64,000 nt of DNA from Candidatus Falkowbacteria bacterium (GCA_013336275.1 JAAXUA010000002.1:127904-191903), one strand, 5' to 3'; positions 1-10,692 are shown, counted from the first letter of the stretch. Notes: a model not told the origin generated them from the letters alone. A program made the numbers and translations.

Positions 1-654
1 CAGGTCATCCATCCCTGGAGCCGGTTCGATGAAAGGCTGTCAAATGTCAGTATCGAAGACATCCAGAAGATCAGGGAAGGTTGGAAGGCTGGTCCGAACA
101 ATTTTGTTGTCGGCTTTGTCGGCCGGCTGGTCGAGTGGAAAGGCGCTCAGGTCCTAGTGAAGGCAATCAAGCTTCTCAAGGATAGGGGCGCGAGCAATAT
201 CAAGTGCGTCATAATCGGTTCGGGGCAGAGCGAGCCGAATAACGAGGCGGCAGTGCATGACCTGGTTGCCGATCTTGATCTCGGAGAAACTGTCGTCTTC
301 ACAGGACACGTGAAGCTGGTGGCACCGTTAGTGAAGTCTCTGGACTTGCTTTGTTTGACCTCGATCGAGCCGGAACCCTATTCGACCGTGGTTGTTGAAG
401 CTATGCTGGCTCGAGTGCCGACTATCGGCACCGACCTGGGAGGCACACCGGAGGCGATCAAACATGAGCGGACGGGTTTGCTTGTCAGACCCGATGATGC
501 TGAAGGCCTGGCCGAAGCAATAATTAAAATTATGGATGATCAAGAGCTTAGAAACAGGTTAATCGACAACGGGCTTAGCTATGCCAGCGAGAACAACACT
601 GCCGTTTCGGCAGCCAGAAGGCTTGAGCAGTTGTTTGTGGAAAATTGTGAATAA
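1..654 (+). CDS. GT4-family glycosyltransferase, 5' end outside window
   Basis: Frame open from base 1; VGFVGRLVEWKG, EPYSTVVVEAM, GGTPEAI and TGLLV are GT-B C-terminal motifs. Confidence 0.9.
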   Translation, partial: QVIHPWSRFDERLSNVSIEDIQKIREGWKAGPNNFVVGFVGRLVEWKGAQVLVKAIKLLKDRGASNIKCVIIGSGQSEPNNEAAVHDLVADLDLGETVVFTGHVKLVAPLVKSLDLLCLTSIEPEPYSTVVVEAMLARVPTIGTDLGGTPEAIKHERTGLLVRPDDAEGLAEAIIKIMDDQELRNRLIDNGLSYASENNTAVSAARRLEQLFVENCE

Positions 655-1513
655 TCAATTATCAAAATGCATAGTCTGCGGCAGTGGCCAGAACGGGAAA
701 GTCTTTGAAGAATTCGGAGTCTCCGTTTTCAAGTGCGAATGCGGACATCTTTTTTCCGATGCCGGTTCCCGTGACGACTATGATGGCTATTTCGGCAATG
801 AGAATGTCGATGACTTCGATGTTTTTTGGTGGCGTGAGTCCCACCATCTGATGTACCAGAAGTTCATCTCGCAGTATATGCAAGGACGCTCGGGCAAGAT
901 TCTTGATGTGGGTTGCGGGCTGGGTTTTTTCCTTCAGGCAGTCCAGGGCGTCCCGGGCTGGGAAGCCTATGGTTACGAAATATCCGAGCCGGCGGCCAAC
1001 TACGCTTCTAATATCTTGCGCTTGAAGCATGTATTCAAGGGCCGGGTCGAGGATAATGGATTCGAAAATGGCAGTTTTGAAATCGTGACCCTGTTCGACG
1101 TCATCGAACACCTGCCCAATCCGAAACCGATGCTTGATTCCATAAAATCGTTGCTGGCTGAAGATGGTATCATTTTCGTCCATACGCCGAATGCCGGCAT
1201 GCAGCTCTTGAAGGCCAGGCTGAAGCGGCTGATCCATCGCGGCGTCAGGCCCAAAGGTCACTACCTCGAAGCTTCGGATCATGTTAATATTTATACGCCA
1301 GGTTCTTTGTCACGTCTGCTCCTCGGTGCGGGTTTTGCAAAGGTGGAATTCGTCCATCTGCCGCCGATCCAAAGCGTGGCCGGCAGCAGGACTCCGGCAA
1401 TGAAGCTGATTAAGAACCTATATTATTATTTCGCGGTGTTCTTGTTCAAAGCTTCATTCGGCCGGGTTAATATCGACAACCTGTTTGCCGTTGCCACGGT
1501 TAAAAGGTCATAA
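647..1513 (+). CDS. Class I SAM-dependent methyltransferase with N-terminal Zn ribbon
   Basis: CIVC..CECG; ILDVGCGLG; FDVIEHL; probable GTG start at 647 overlapping the upstream stop. Confidence 0.85.
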   Translation: MNNQLSKCIVCGSGQNGKVFEEFGVSVFKCECGHLFSDAGSRDDYDGYFGNENVDDFDVFWWRESHHLMYQKFISQYMQGRSGKILDVGCGLGFFLQAVQGVPGWEAYGYEISEPAANYASNILRLKHVFKGRVEDNGFENGSFEIVTLFDVIEHLPNPKPMLDSIKSLLAEDGIIFVHTPNAGMQLLKARLKRLIHRGVRPKGHYLEASDHVNIYTPGSLSRLLLGAGFAKVEFVHLPPIQSVAGSRTPAMKLIKNLYYYFAVFLFKASFGRVNIDNLFAVATVKRS

Positions 1514-2328
1514 TGCATCATATGGTTTACCCCCTATTATTTTTTATCTTTTTTTTCGGTTTGATCATCGGTTCGTTTTTAAATTGCCTGATTTGGCGTT
1601 TACACAAGGACGAGACAGTGCTCGGCCGCTCGTATTGTCCCCATTGCCGCCATCAGTTGGCCTGGTATGACAACGTGCCGATCCTAAGCTATGTCGCCCT
1701 GAAGGGGAAGTGCCGCTACTGCGGCAAGTCGATATCTTGGCAGTATCCGGCAGTCGAGCTGGTAACCGGCCTGCTTTTCCTGGGTTCCTTCATTTTTAAT
1801 CTCCAAGCAGCGCCTGCCCTGGACCAGCTGTTTGCAGTTCGCGTTTTACGCGATTGGCTGGTCGTGTCGGTAATGGTCATAATCTTCATTTATGATTTGC
1901 GCTGGTATCTGATTTTGGACAAGGTCACTTTCCCGGCGATGGCAGCGGTGGCGATCTTCAACCTTGTAGCTGAGTTCGGCGCTGGTGGTAGCGGCCAAGT
2001 CTTAAGTTGGCGCAATTGGGTGATTTCTGGTATAATAGGTGGTAGTTTCTTTTTATTGCAATTTATCGCAACCAAGGGCAGGGGCATAGGCGGAGGAGAT
2101 TTGCGCCTAGGGCTGCTGATGGGCTTGATCCTCGGTTGGCAAGGCTTAATCGTCGCTTTTTTTGCAGCTTATTTCTCCGGGTCGATCGTCGGCCTATCGC
2201 TTATCGCGGCTGGCAAGAAGCAGTGGGGCTCAAAATTGCCGTTCGGAGTTTTCTTGGCCCCCGCCACTATCGTCGCCCTATTCTGGGGGCAGCCGCTTTG
2301 GCAGTGGTTTTCGCGTTGGTTATATTAA
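1513..2328 (+). CDS. pilD: Prepilin peptidase (A24)
   Basis: GSFLN, RSYCPHC, WYDNVP, CRYC, GGGD, LPFGVFL; multiple TM helices. Confidence 0.95.
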   Translation: MHHMVYPLLFFIFFFGLIIGSFLNCLIWRLHKDETVLGRSYCPHCRHQLAWYDNVPILSYVALKGKCRYCGKSISWQYPAVELVTGLLFLGSFIFNLQAAPALDQLFAVRVLRDWLVVSVMVIIFIYDLRWYLILDKVTFPAMAAVAIFNLVAEFGAGGSGQVLSWRNWVISGIIGGSFFLLQFIATKGRGIGGGDLRLGLLMGLILGWQGLIVAFFAAYFSGSIVGLSLIAAGKKQWGSKLPFGVFLAPATIVALFWGQPLWQWFSRWLY

Positions 2329-2332
2329 TATC

Positions 2333-3853
2333 ATGGCAAAAACAAAGAATACAGGGACTGATTTGGCAATAAGATTATTTTTAGGCATGGCGACGCTGGC
2401 TGCTCTGGGTCAGCTTTATTTTTATCTTTTCGGCCCCGGCTATGAGCTGGTGCGTGCCCAATCATCCACTAACGGCGGCAATGTCCATGGCTACGCTTGG
2501 TCGAGCAACTTCGGCTGGGTCAGCTTCAACTGCAATCAGACGGATGGCAATACTTGTGCGAGCAACAGTTATGGCGTCAGCATCGATGCGGTGACCGGCC
2601 AATTCTCCGGTTACGCCTGGTCGAGCAATGTAGGCTGGATTTATTTCGGACCGCCCGAGGAGATGCCAGAGGCCATCGCTTCGAGCTCGGCTCCGGCAGC
2701 ACCTCGACAATGGCCGGTCTATGACTTTAGCGACAGGCGGGTCAGCGGCTGGGCCAAGGTGATTTCTATGGGTGTTGATGAGGGCTGGATCGATTTTACC
2801 AGAAGCGTGCTCAACCATCAGCCGGGAATCAGGGGCACGATTGATGACGCTACCAAACAAGTCCGGTTCGACGGTTGGGCCTGGGATGGCGATACCACGA
2901 ACACGGTCGGGGTCGGCTGGCTTGAATTCGACACGGCACGCCCAGGCTATGTTTATGCCACCGGTCTAACCGGACCGATGCCCATCAATTTAGTCGCTCC
3001 GCTCAGGACTAATGATGCCGCCTGCGCCTCCGGCGATTCCAAGACCATCGGAGTTAGTTTCAACTACGAGAATAATTATAAATATTGTTATGACGGTGCG
3101 GGCACCGCGACCAATTTACGGACTTGCCGCGACGACGATCATTGCTCGAGCCGTTTCGCCGGTTTCCCGATCTGCAAACCAGGACGCATGGCCAAATATG
3201 ATTTCGTGCTGAAAGCTGACGTGGCTGGCGATGAGCCGAGTTGGCCTGGGGCGAGCGCTGATGAGGTTGGCACCACCACCTTCCGCGTGGCTGATAATGC
3301 TGCCGGCATCAGTTTTTATAGCAGCAATGATGCGACTTTCGATAGCCAGATTGCTTGGGGAACGAAATATCATGTCTGGGTCAGGGTTTGGGATGAAAAA
3401 GATCAGACCGCCGGCTGGGTTTCGATGAATCGTTTGGATGACGGCGGCTGGATCGTCGAGGACGGCGATCAGACCACCTTCACCATGCCGAGGCATAATG
3501 TGCCTAGAGTCGATTTCACCTGGACTCCGGACAACCCCAGCAAAGAGGAGATCGTGACCTTCGAGCCGACAGACTCGACATCGACTACGGCGGTTTATCG
3601 TGATACGGCAGGCGAGGAAACTATCGGCATCAGGCCAGATACCTCGGCGGGTGATGCTTGGAGCTGGATATTCAACAATGGCAACCCGGCAGCTTCGACC
3701 GAAGAGCGGCCCAAGGTGCAGATGGTCAATAACGGCTTGACGGCCATAACCCTGGCTTTGACCGACAGCGACGGTTACCGATGCACGACTTCGCCCAAGA
3801 CCTTCAATGCCAATCTCAAACTCCCTGATTGGAAAGAAAAAAATCCCAAATAG
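2333..3853 (+). CDS. Secreted pilus-cluster protein with GYAWS repeats and a C-terminal PKD-like domain
   Basis: ATG at 2333; N-terminal TM; GYAWSSNFGW / GYAWSSNVGW / GWAW repeats; ends LPDWKE. Confidence 0.75.
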   Translation: MAKTKNTGTDLAIRLFLGMATLAALGQLYFYLFGPGYELVRAQSSTNGGNVHGYAWSSNFGWVSFNCNQTDGNTCASNSYGVSIDAVTGQFSGYAWSSNVGWIYFGPPEEMPEAIASSSAPAAPRQWPVYDFSDRRVSGWAKVISMGVDEGWIDFTRSVLNHQPGIRGTIDDATKQVRFDGWAWDGDTTNTVGVGWLEFDTARPGYVYATGLTGPMPINLVAPLRTNDAACASGDSKTIGVSFNYENNYKYCYDGAGTATNLRTCRDDDHCSSRFAGFPICKPGRMAKYDFVLKADVAGDEPSWPGASADEVGTTTFRVADNAAGISFYSSNDATFDSQIAWGTKYHVWVRVWDEKDQTAGWVSMNRLDDGGWIVEDGDQTTFTMPRHNVPRVDFTWTPDNPSKEEIVTFEPTDSTSTTAVYRDTAGEETIGIRPDTSAGDAWSWIFNNGNPAASTEERPKVQMVNNGLTAITLALTDSDGYRCTTSPKTFNANLKLPDWKEKNPK

Positions 3854-3862
3854 CTTACTATG

Positions 3863-3889
3863 AAAACTGCCCCTCGAGGGGCAGTTTTT
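3863..3889 (+). terminator. Intrinsic terminator (bidirectional type)
   Basis: aaaactgcccc-tcga-ggggcagttttt. Confidence 0.75.
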
Positions 3890-3933
3890 GGTTGGAAAAA
3901 AGGCATTTCCTGTGCTATGATTTAGTTGAATAT

Positions 3934-4512
3934 ATGATAAAAAATCGTTTAAAATCGATAAGGTCCGGTGCAGGCTTCACCTTCATAGAAATGTCGGTCA
4001 GCGTTACCATAATCGGCCTGTTGGCTACCTTGTTCGTGACTAATTATCGCTCGGCTGAAAGGCAGCAGCGGCTGTATACGGCGGCCGACCAGCTGGTCAG
4101 CGATATCCGCCTGATGCAAAGCTACGCCCTGGGCGCCAAGAAGCACGAGGGCCAGGTACCGTTGGGCGGCTGGGGGGTTCATTTGGACGCGACCGATCCG
4201 GCAAATTACTCTTTGTATGCCGACACTTGCGCCTCAGGAATCGGCACTTACGAGGTTGCTTGCGCCACCGGTACGCCGGATGCGATTATTAAGACTGGCA
4301 AGCTGCCCAGGGACGTCCGGATCAATCCCGTCAACGGCCTTATGGTCGACAGCGTCTCGGTCAACGATGTCAGTCTGCTGTTTTTCCCGCCAGATCCCAA
4401 GACCAGCATCAACCTGACCGGCCAATCCTTGAATGTCGTCCTGATGGACTCCATGACCGGACGGACCAAAGAGGTGGATGTTAATTATTTCGGTTTGATA
4501 GACCTGCGCTGA
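3934..4512 (+). CDS. Prepilin-type (FimT/FimU-like) minor pilin
   Basis: G|FTFIEMSV class III signal followed by a hydrophobic helix; ATG at 3934. Confidence 0.85.
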   Translation: MIKNRLKSIRSGAGFTFIEMSVSVTIIGLLATLFVTNYRSAERQQRLYTAADQLVSDIRLMQSYALGAKKHEGQVPLGGWGVHLDATDPANYSLYADTCASGIGTYEVACATGTPDAIIKTGKLPRDVRINPVNGLMVDSVSVNDVSLLFFPPDPKTSINLTGQSLNVVLMDSMTGRTKEVDVNYFGLIDLR

Positions 4513-4513
4513 T

Positions 4514-5035
4514 ATGAGAAAGTGGCTAAAAAAAATCCGAAGCAATGACGGCTTTTCTTTCATCGAGCTTCTGGCCGTCATGTTCATCGTGAATGTGGCT
4601 CTGGTCGCCCTGATCAGCATGTCGCTGCAGGCGATCCAGACAGAGAGGTTTAATCGTAACGTCCTGATAGCCGCTCAGCTGGCCCAGGAGGGCATCGAGC
4701 TGGTGCGTAATATCCGGGACAATGATTGGCAGGCAGGGGTTACGCCGAGTTCGATCTTCAATTCGGCGAATGACGGCGTCTATGCCATGGACTATACTTT
4801 AGGCGCGGCCGTGCCGCTGACCGGCGGGCTGACTGACGACGCCTCCAAACTGTATACGGATACCCAGGGCTATTATTCCCATGACAGTACCGGCACCTCT
4901 ACCAAGTTCAGGCGAGCCATATCGATCTTCGCTGCCGGCATTGCCTCGACAACCGTGACCAGCGAAGTGCGGTTCAGCGATGGAGTGACGGCCAGGAATT
5001 ACAAAGTTGAAACCATCCTTTATGACTGGAAATAG
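4514..5035 (+). CDS. Minor pilin (PilV-like)
   Basis: G|FSFIELL; AAQLAQEGIELVRNIRD. Confidence 0.85.
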   Translation: MRKWLKKIRSNDGFSFIELLAVMFIVNVALVALISMSLQAIQTERFNRNVLIAAQLAQEGIELVRNIRDNDWQAGVTPSSIFNSANDGVYAMDYTLGAAVPLTGGLTDDASKLYTDTQGYYSHDSTGTSTKFRRAISIFAAGIASTTVTSEVRFSDGVTARNYKVETILYDWK

Positions 5036-5627
5036 GACAATCAAGCTGCCAGCGCGGCTCAAATCCGAGGAGGGCTTCAGCCTTTTGGAGATCCTGATGT
5101 CCATGCTGGTCTTCAACCTGATGATTCTGGCCATCGGCGGCATCTTCACTCAGATGGTCGATGGCCAGCGTGCGGCCATCGTCGGCAAGAATATAGGAGA
5201 GAATATGTCATACACCATGGAAGTGATGGCGAAAGAACTGCGTTCAGCCCGGCGTGAAAATTTTATGGGCACAAGGGATTGTACCGAGGCGGTTGACGGA
5301 GTCGAAGTGGCCGATGGCCGCATCTATTCGACTTCGACTACGGCTGGAGAGCTGACCTTCCAGAACAAAAACGGCGAATGCGTCAAATATTATCTGAGCG
5401 GCGATACGCTGATGGTCGAGCGGGTCTCCGGTTTGGGCACGATGGTCGCCTCAACCACAGCCAATCAGATCGCCATCAACCGGTTTGACTTCCTGATTAA
5501 TGACAACGACACGAGCCAGCCGCGCGTCACCTTGGTGATCGAGGCGCAAGGCAAGAACAAGGCGGTCGGCAAACAGGTGGTCAAACTACAGACTACAGTC
5601 TCATCAAGATTCTATGAACATAATTGA
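5022..5627 (+). CDS. Minor pilin (PilW-like)
   Basis: G|FSLLEIL; ends LQTTVSSR; start overlaps the previous gene. Confidence 0.85.
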   Translation: MTGNRTIKLPARLKSEEGFSLLEILMSMLVFNLMILAIGGIFTQMVDGQRAAIVGKNIGENMSYTMEVMAKELRSARRENFMGTRDCTEAVDGVEVADGRIYSTSTTAGELTFQNKNGECVKYYLSGDTLMVERVSGLGTMVASTTANQIAINRFDFLINDNDTSQPRVTLVIEAQGKNKAVGKQVVKLQTTVSSRFYEHN

Positions 5628-6009
5628 TAAGATCAGAAATCAGCGAGGCTCGGCTTTGCTCATGACCATCCTGGTGCTGAGCAGCTTGATGGTGGTCGGA
5701 TTGTCGGCCGCCAGCGTCGCTTTGTCCGGCGTCCTGATCAGCGGCGTGCAGCAACGTTCGACCGTGGCCTTGTATGTGGCCGAGACCGGAGCGGAGGAGG
5801 CCTTATACCAGGCCAGAAAGAACGGCTGGGTCTTGCCTGTGGCTTCTTCGAGCGCTAATGTCTTTGGCACCTCGACTTTGTCTAACGGCGGTTTTTACAC
5901 CGTCGACTACGCCTCATCGACCGATATCCTGACCGGGTCGTCAACTAATTCATTTTTTAGCGACGGCGACTTCAAGGAGACGCGCCGGCGCATCGAACTC
6001 CAATTCTGA
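5614..6009 (+). CDS. Minor pilin (PilX-like, no Glu5)
   Basis: RG|SALLMTIL; ALYVAETGAEEAL. Confidence 0.8.
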   Translation: MNIIDKIRNQRGSALLMTILVLSSLMVVGLSAASVALSGVLISGVQQRSTVALYVAETGAEEALYQARKNGWVLPVASSSANVFGTSTLSNGGFYTVDYASSTDILTGSSTNSFFSDGDFKETRRRIELQF

Positions 6010-6010
6010 T

Positions 6011-8113
6011 ATGAGCCAAGAAATCAAGCAAAGGATAGATAAGCTGAAAGCGGAGATAGACCATCACCGCTATCTTTATCATGTCCTGGACCAACAGGAA
6101 ATCAGCGAGGCGGCGCTTGATTCCTTGAAGCACGAGCTATTCAGGCTTGAGCAAGCCCATCCCGAATTAATAACTCCTGATTCGCCGACCCAGCGCGTAG
6201 CCGGCGAGGTCCTGGCCAAGTTCGCCAAGGTCGAGCACAGCCAGCCGATGCTGTCGCTGTATGACGCCTTTTCACCTGAAGACATGAGGGACTGGGAGGC
6301 TAGGATGGAACGCATACTGCCGGGCCAGAAATTCAGCTATTACTGCGAACTGAAGATGGACGGCCTGGCCATGAGCTTGGTCTATCGCCAGGGTGTCTTT
6401 GTCCAGGGAGCGACCCGGGGAGACGGCCGGGTCGGGGAAAACGTTACCCAGAATCTGCGGACCATCGAGTCTATTCCGTTACGTTTGCGCGTCCCGACCT
6501 TGGCTGAATTGAAAAAGATCGGCCTGACCCAGGCTTCGATAAATACGTTGTTTGATAAGATCAATAATGGCGAGGTCGAGGTTCGCGGAGAAGCGATCAT
6601 GAACCTGAAGACCTTCGCGAACCTGAACAAGAAATACGCCAAGGAGGGCAAGCCTTTGCTGGCCAACCCGAGAAACGGCGCGGCCGGATCGATCCGGCAG
6701 CTGGATACGTCGGTGACGGCTGAGCGACAGCTTGATTTCCATGTCTATGCCTTGGTGACCGAACTCGGTCTGACCAAACACGAAGAAGAGCATGAGCTAG
6801 CCAAGCTGCTAGGTTTTAAAATTCTGAAAGAGAACAAGCTTTGCAAAAATCTTGATGAGGCCATCAAATTCCATGACCATTGGGAAGCGCATAAGCACGA
6901 GATGCCGTTCGAGTGTGACGGCGCGGTAATCCTGGTGGATGACACCACGCTGTGGCCCAAGTTGGGCGTCGTCGGCAAAGGCCCGCGTTACGTCATGGCC
7001 TACAAGTTTGCGGCCGAGCAAGTAACGACCAAGCTTTTGGATGTGATCTGGCAGGTCGGCCGTACCGGCGCCCTGACTCCGACTGCTGTCCTCGAGCCGG
7101 TGCGGGTCGGCGGCGTTACCGTCAGCCGCTCGACGCTGCATAATATGGACGAGATTGAGCGGCTGGACTTGCGCTTGGGCGATACGGTGATTCTAGAGCG
7201 GGCCGGCGATGTCATACCCAAAATTATCCAAGCGCTTGTAAATCTACGCAATGGCAAGGAAAAGAAAATCGCGCCGCCTAAAGAGTGCCCGATGTGTGAC
7301 AGCCCGGTCGTCCGCCTTGAAGGCGAGGTGGCTTATCGCTGCTCGAACAAGAGCTGCTACGCCGCCAATCTGCGGGGCTTTTATCATTGGACCTCAAAAG
7401 TCGCCATGGATATCCCCGGACTGGGACCGAAAATCATCGATCAGCTGGTTAAAGAGGGATTGGTGGCCGATCCGTCAGATTTTTATGCCTTGACGGTCGG
7501 CGACCTCTTGCCGCTCGAGCGTTTCGCCGAGAAATCGGCCGAGAACCTGATCGACTCGATCAACGAACGGAAGGCCGTGCCGCTTGAACGCCTGCTGGTC
7601 GCCCTGGGCATCAGGCACGTCGGCGAGGAGACGGCATTGCTTTTGGCCAAGGAAATTGCCAAAAGCAAAGAACCAGACGACGAGCTATCGATAGGCGGAT
7701 TGATTGAGATAATGGACGGTTACAGCCTGGAAGAGCTGCAGGAACTGCCCGATATCGGACCGATCGTGGGGCAGAGCATCTACGAATGGTTCCACGCCAA
7801 GCACAATATCGAATTGTTGAAAAAATTAGCAAAAAATGGGCTAAAATTAAATAAAAATAATCAAAAATCAATCGTCTCAAATGCCGCATTCAGCGGCAAA
7901 ACTCTGGTCTTGACCGGCACCTTGTCCAGTTTGACAAGAGACGAGGCAAAAGCTAAGATAAGAGAATTAGGCGGCAAAATTAGCAGTAGCGTTAGCAAAA
8001 AGACCGACTTCGTGGTCGCTGGTGTCGAGGCCGGCAGCAAGTTGGAAGACGCAAAAAAACTTGACGTCAAAATCCTGACAGAAGAAGAATTTTTGAAAAT
8101 AGCCAATTCATAG
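6011..8113 (+). CDS. ligA: NAD-dependent DNA ligase
   Basis: ELKMDG adenylation motif, TRGDG, NPRN, Zn finger, HhH, BRCT. Confidence 0.98.
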   Translation: MSQEIKQRIDKLKAEIDHHRYLYHVLDQQEISEAALDSLKHELFRLEQAHPELITPDSPTQRVAGEVLAKFAKVEHSQPMLSLYDAFSPEDMRDWEARMERILPGQKFSYYCELKMDGLAMSLVYRQGVFVQGATRGDGRVGENVTQNLRTIESIPLRLRVPTLAELKKIGLTQASINTLFDKINNGEVEVRGEAIMNLKTFANLNKKYAKEGKPLLANPRNGAAGSIRQLDTSVTAERQLDFHVYALVTELGLTKHEEEHELAKLLGFKILKENKLCKNLDEAIKFHDHWEAHKHEMPFECDGAVILVDDTTLWPKLGVVGKGPRYVMAYKFAAEQVTTKLLDVIWQVGRTGALTPTAVLEPVRVGGVTVSRSTLHNMDEIERLDLRLGDTVILERAGDVIPKIIQALVNLRNGKEKKIAPPKECPMCDSPVVRLEGEVAYRCSNKSCYAANLRGFYHWTSKVAMDIPGLGPKIIDQLVKEGLVADPSDFYALTVGDLLPLERFAEKSAENLIDSINERKAVPLERLLVALGIRHVGEETALLLAKEIAKSKEPDDELSIGGLIEIMDGYSLEELQELPDIGPIVGQSIYEWFHAKHNIELLKKLAKNGLKLNKNNQKSIVSNAAFSGKTLVLTGTLSSLTRDEAKAKIRELGGKISSSVSKKTDFVVAGVEAGSKLEDAKKLDVKILTEEEFLKIANS

Positions 8114-8124
8114 TCTTATAAAAT

Positions 8125-8418
8125 ATGCATTTAACCAAACAGGAAATCGAACATGTCGCCAAGTTGGCGAGATTGGAACTAACCGAAGAGGAAGTTACTA
8201 AATACGGCGAACAGTTGTCCGCCGTCTTGTCGTATATCGATCAGCTTTCCGAGGTCGACACGGCCGGCGTCGAGCCGACCGCTCAGGTCACCGGCCTGGA
8301 AAACGTCTGGCGCGAAGACCAAGTCGAGGTCTGGGACGAGACTCAGACTAGGAACGCTCTTGAACTGGCCCCGGAACTGGAAGATGGCCAGATCAAGGTA
8401 AAGCGGATTCTTGAGTAA
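8125..8418 (+). CDS. gatC: Asp/Glu-tRNA amidotransferase subunit C
   Basis: HVAKLARL, VDTAGVEPT; directly upstream of gatA. Confidence 0.95.
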   Translation: MHLTKQEIEHVAKLARLELTEEEVTKYGEQLSAVLSYIDQLSEVDTAGVEPTAQVTGLENVWREDQVEVWDETQTRNALELAPELEDGQIKVKRILE

Positions 8419-8430
8419 ACAATAATTTTT

Positions 8431-9888
8431 ATGAAATTGAACGAACTGACAATAGCGGAAGCGCAAACCAAGTTGGAGGCTGGAGAGGTGACATCAGTCG
8501 AATTGACTGAGGCTTGCCTGGCCCGCATCGAAGAGGTCGATGGCGAGGTCAAAGCCTGCCTGACTGTAGCTGCCGACGAGGCTTTAGCCGCAGCTCGCGC
8601 TGCTGACGAACGCCGCGCCTCCGGAGAGACCGGCCCGCTTTTAGGCATCCCTTTCCTTTGCAAGGATAATATAATGACCGCCGGCATTAAAACGACGGCC
8701 GCTTCAAAAATTTTGGAAAACTATATCGCTCCTTACGACGCGACCATAGTCGTGCGGCTGAAAGAGGCTGGAGCCGTGCTCTTGGGCAAGACCAATCTGG
8801 ACGAGTTCGCTCATGGTGCTTCGACCGAGAACAGCGCCTTCGGAACCACCCACAATCCTTATGACCTGGAGCGCGTGCCTGGTGGTTCCTCAGGGGGCTC
8901 AGCCGCGGCTGTTGCCGCTGATATGTGCCTGTTCGCTTTGGGCACCGACACCGGCGGCTCGATCCGCTGCCCGGCCAGCTTCTGCGGCATTACCGGCCTC
9001 AAGCCGACCTACGGCCGCAGCTCACGTTTCGGACTGGTCGCCATGACCAGCTCGACCGACGTGCCGGGGCCGATGACCAAGACGGCCGAGGATGCTGCCA
9101 TCGTCGAACAGGTAATCGCCGGGCTTGACCGCTATGATGCCACGACCGTCGATCGCCCGGTTCCGGAATATCGAGATGAATTAAGCTCGCCGCTTAAAGG
9201 CAAGAAAATCGGTTTGCCTAAGGAATATTTTACCGACGGTATCGAACCGGAAGTCAGCGTCGCCGTGAAGGAAGCGATCGAGGAATACAAGAAGCTCGGC
9301 GCCGAGGTCGTCGAAGTCAGTTTGCCGCACACCAAATACGGGGTGCCGGTCTATTATATTATTACCCCATCCGAGGTCAGCTCGAACCTGGCCCGCCATG
9401 ACGGCATCCGTTACGGTTATTCCACCCATGCCAACGAGAACAGCTTGGACAAGGTCTATACCAACAGCCGCGGCCAGGGCTTCGGCCAAGAGGCCAAGCG
9501 CCGCATCATGCTCGGCACCTACGCGCTCTCGGCCGGCTATTTCGATGCTTACTATCTCCAGGCACAGAAGGTGCGTACTAAGATAAAAGAAGAGTTTGAC
9601 AAAGTCCTGGCCGAGGTCGACTTCCTGCTGACCCCGACTTCGCCCCACCCGGCTTTCAAGATCGGGGAACAGGCGGCTGATCCATTGAAAATGTACCTCG
9701 AAGATATTTTTGTCACCGGCGCATCTTTGGCCGGGTTGCCCGCCTTGGCCATCCCGTGCGGCACGGCTCACGGCTTGCCGGTTGGCTTGCAGCTGATCGG
9801 CCGGGCTTTCGAGGAATCGACCCTGCTGTCCGCCGCTCATCACTACCAGCAGGCGACCGCATGGCACAAGAACAAACCTAAACTTTAA
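8431..9888 (+). CDS. gatA: Asp/Glu-tRNA amidotransferase subunit A
   Basis: Amidase signature PGGSSGGS, GTDTGGSIR; KRRIMLGTYALSAGY. Confidence 0.98.
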   Translation: MKLNELTIAEAQTKLEAGEVTSVELTEACLARIEEVDGEVKACLTVAADEALAAARAADERRASGETGPLLGIPFLCKDNIMTAGIKTTAASKILENYIAPYDATIVVRLKEAGAVLLGKTNLDEFAHGASTENSAFGTTHNPYDLERVPGGSSGGSAAAVAADMCLFALGTDTGGSIRCPASFCGITGLKPTYGRSSRFGLVAMTSSTDVPGPMTKTAEDAAIVEQVIAGLDRYDATTVDRPVPEYRDELSSPLKGKKIGLPKEYFTDGIEPEVSVAVKEAIEEYKKLGAEVVEVSLPHTKYGVPVYYIITPSEVSSNLARHDGIRYGYSTHANENSLDKVYTNSRGQGFGQEAKRRIMLGTYALSAGYFDAYYLQAQKVRTKIKEEFDKVLAEVDFLLTPTSPHPAFKIGEQAADPLKMYLEDIFVTGASLAGLPALAIPCGTAHGLPVGLQLIGRAFEESTLLSAAHHYQQATAWHKNKPKL

Positions 9889-9897
9889 AATAAGAGT

Positions 9898-10692
9898 ATG
9901 AATCAAGGAGAAAAGCCACTCGGCCAGGCCACTGCCAAACTGACGATTGTCGTCTTGGCACTCGTCTTGGTCACGGCTGTCGGGCTATGGATCGCCCAGA
10001 AGAAGATTCCGTCAATCACCCCGATCGAGCAGATAGCTACCTCGACCGCCGATAATGGACAGCTTGACCAGGCAAAAGAAGCCGAGCTGCAGAAGACCGG
10101 CAGTTTCGATGAGTCGAAGTTGGGCAAGGTTTTGCCAGTGCGGCTTGCCGATGACAAAGATCACGTCTGGGGCAGTTTGAGCGCCAAAGTGGTGATGATC
10201 ATCTATGATGATTTCGAGTGCCCGTTCTGCGCGGATTATTATGATACCGTCGAGAAGGCCAAGGCCGAATTCGGCGACAAGCTGGCCGTAGTCTTCCGGC
10301 ACGCGCCTCTTATAAATATCCACGCTTACGCCCTGAAGGCAGCTGAGGCTAGCGAGTGCGCGGCCGAACAGGGCAAGTTCTGGGAGATGTATGGCAAGCT
10401 GTTCGCTGACAACAAGGCTGGCCGGATGTACGACAAGCAGTTCAAGGACGATGCCAAGGCGATCGGCCTGGATCAGGCTAAATTCAACCAGTGTTTGGAC
10501 ACCGGCAAGTATAAGGACAAGGTGATAAATGAGATGATAGAGGCCAAGACCTTTAACGTCAACGGCACGCCGACGACCTTCATTAATGGCGAGATAGTGG
10601 TGGGAGCTAATCCTTACGAGGATTTGGTTGCCAGCGATGGCCGGAAGATCGAAGGGCTCAAAAATATCATCACTAGACAACTGCAGAAATAA
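9898..10692 (+). CDS. Membrane-anchored DsbA-family thiol-disulfide oxidoreductase
   Basis: N-terminal TM; DFECPFC; GKFWEM; GTPT. Confidence 0.9.
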   Translation: MNQGEKPLGQATAKLTIVVLALVLVTAVGLWIAQKKIPSITPIEQIATSTADNGQLDQAKEAELQKTGSFDESKLGKVLPVRLADDKDHVWGSLSAKVVMIIYDDFECPFCADYYDTVEKAKAEFGDKLAVVFRHAPLINIHAYALKAAEASECAAEQGKFWEMYGKLFADNKAGRMYDKQFKDDAKAIGLDQAKFNQCLDTGKYKDKVINEMIEAKTFNVNGTPTTFINGEIVVGANPYEDLVASDGRKIEGLKNIITRQLQK

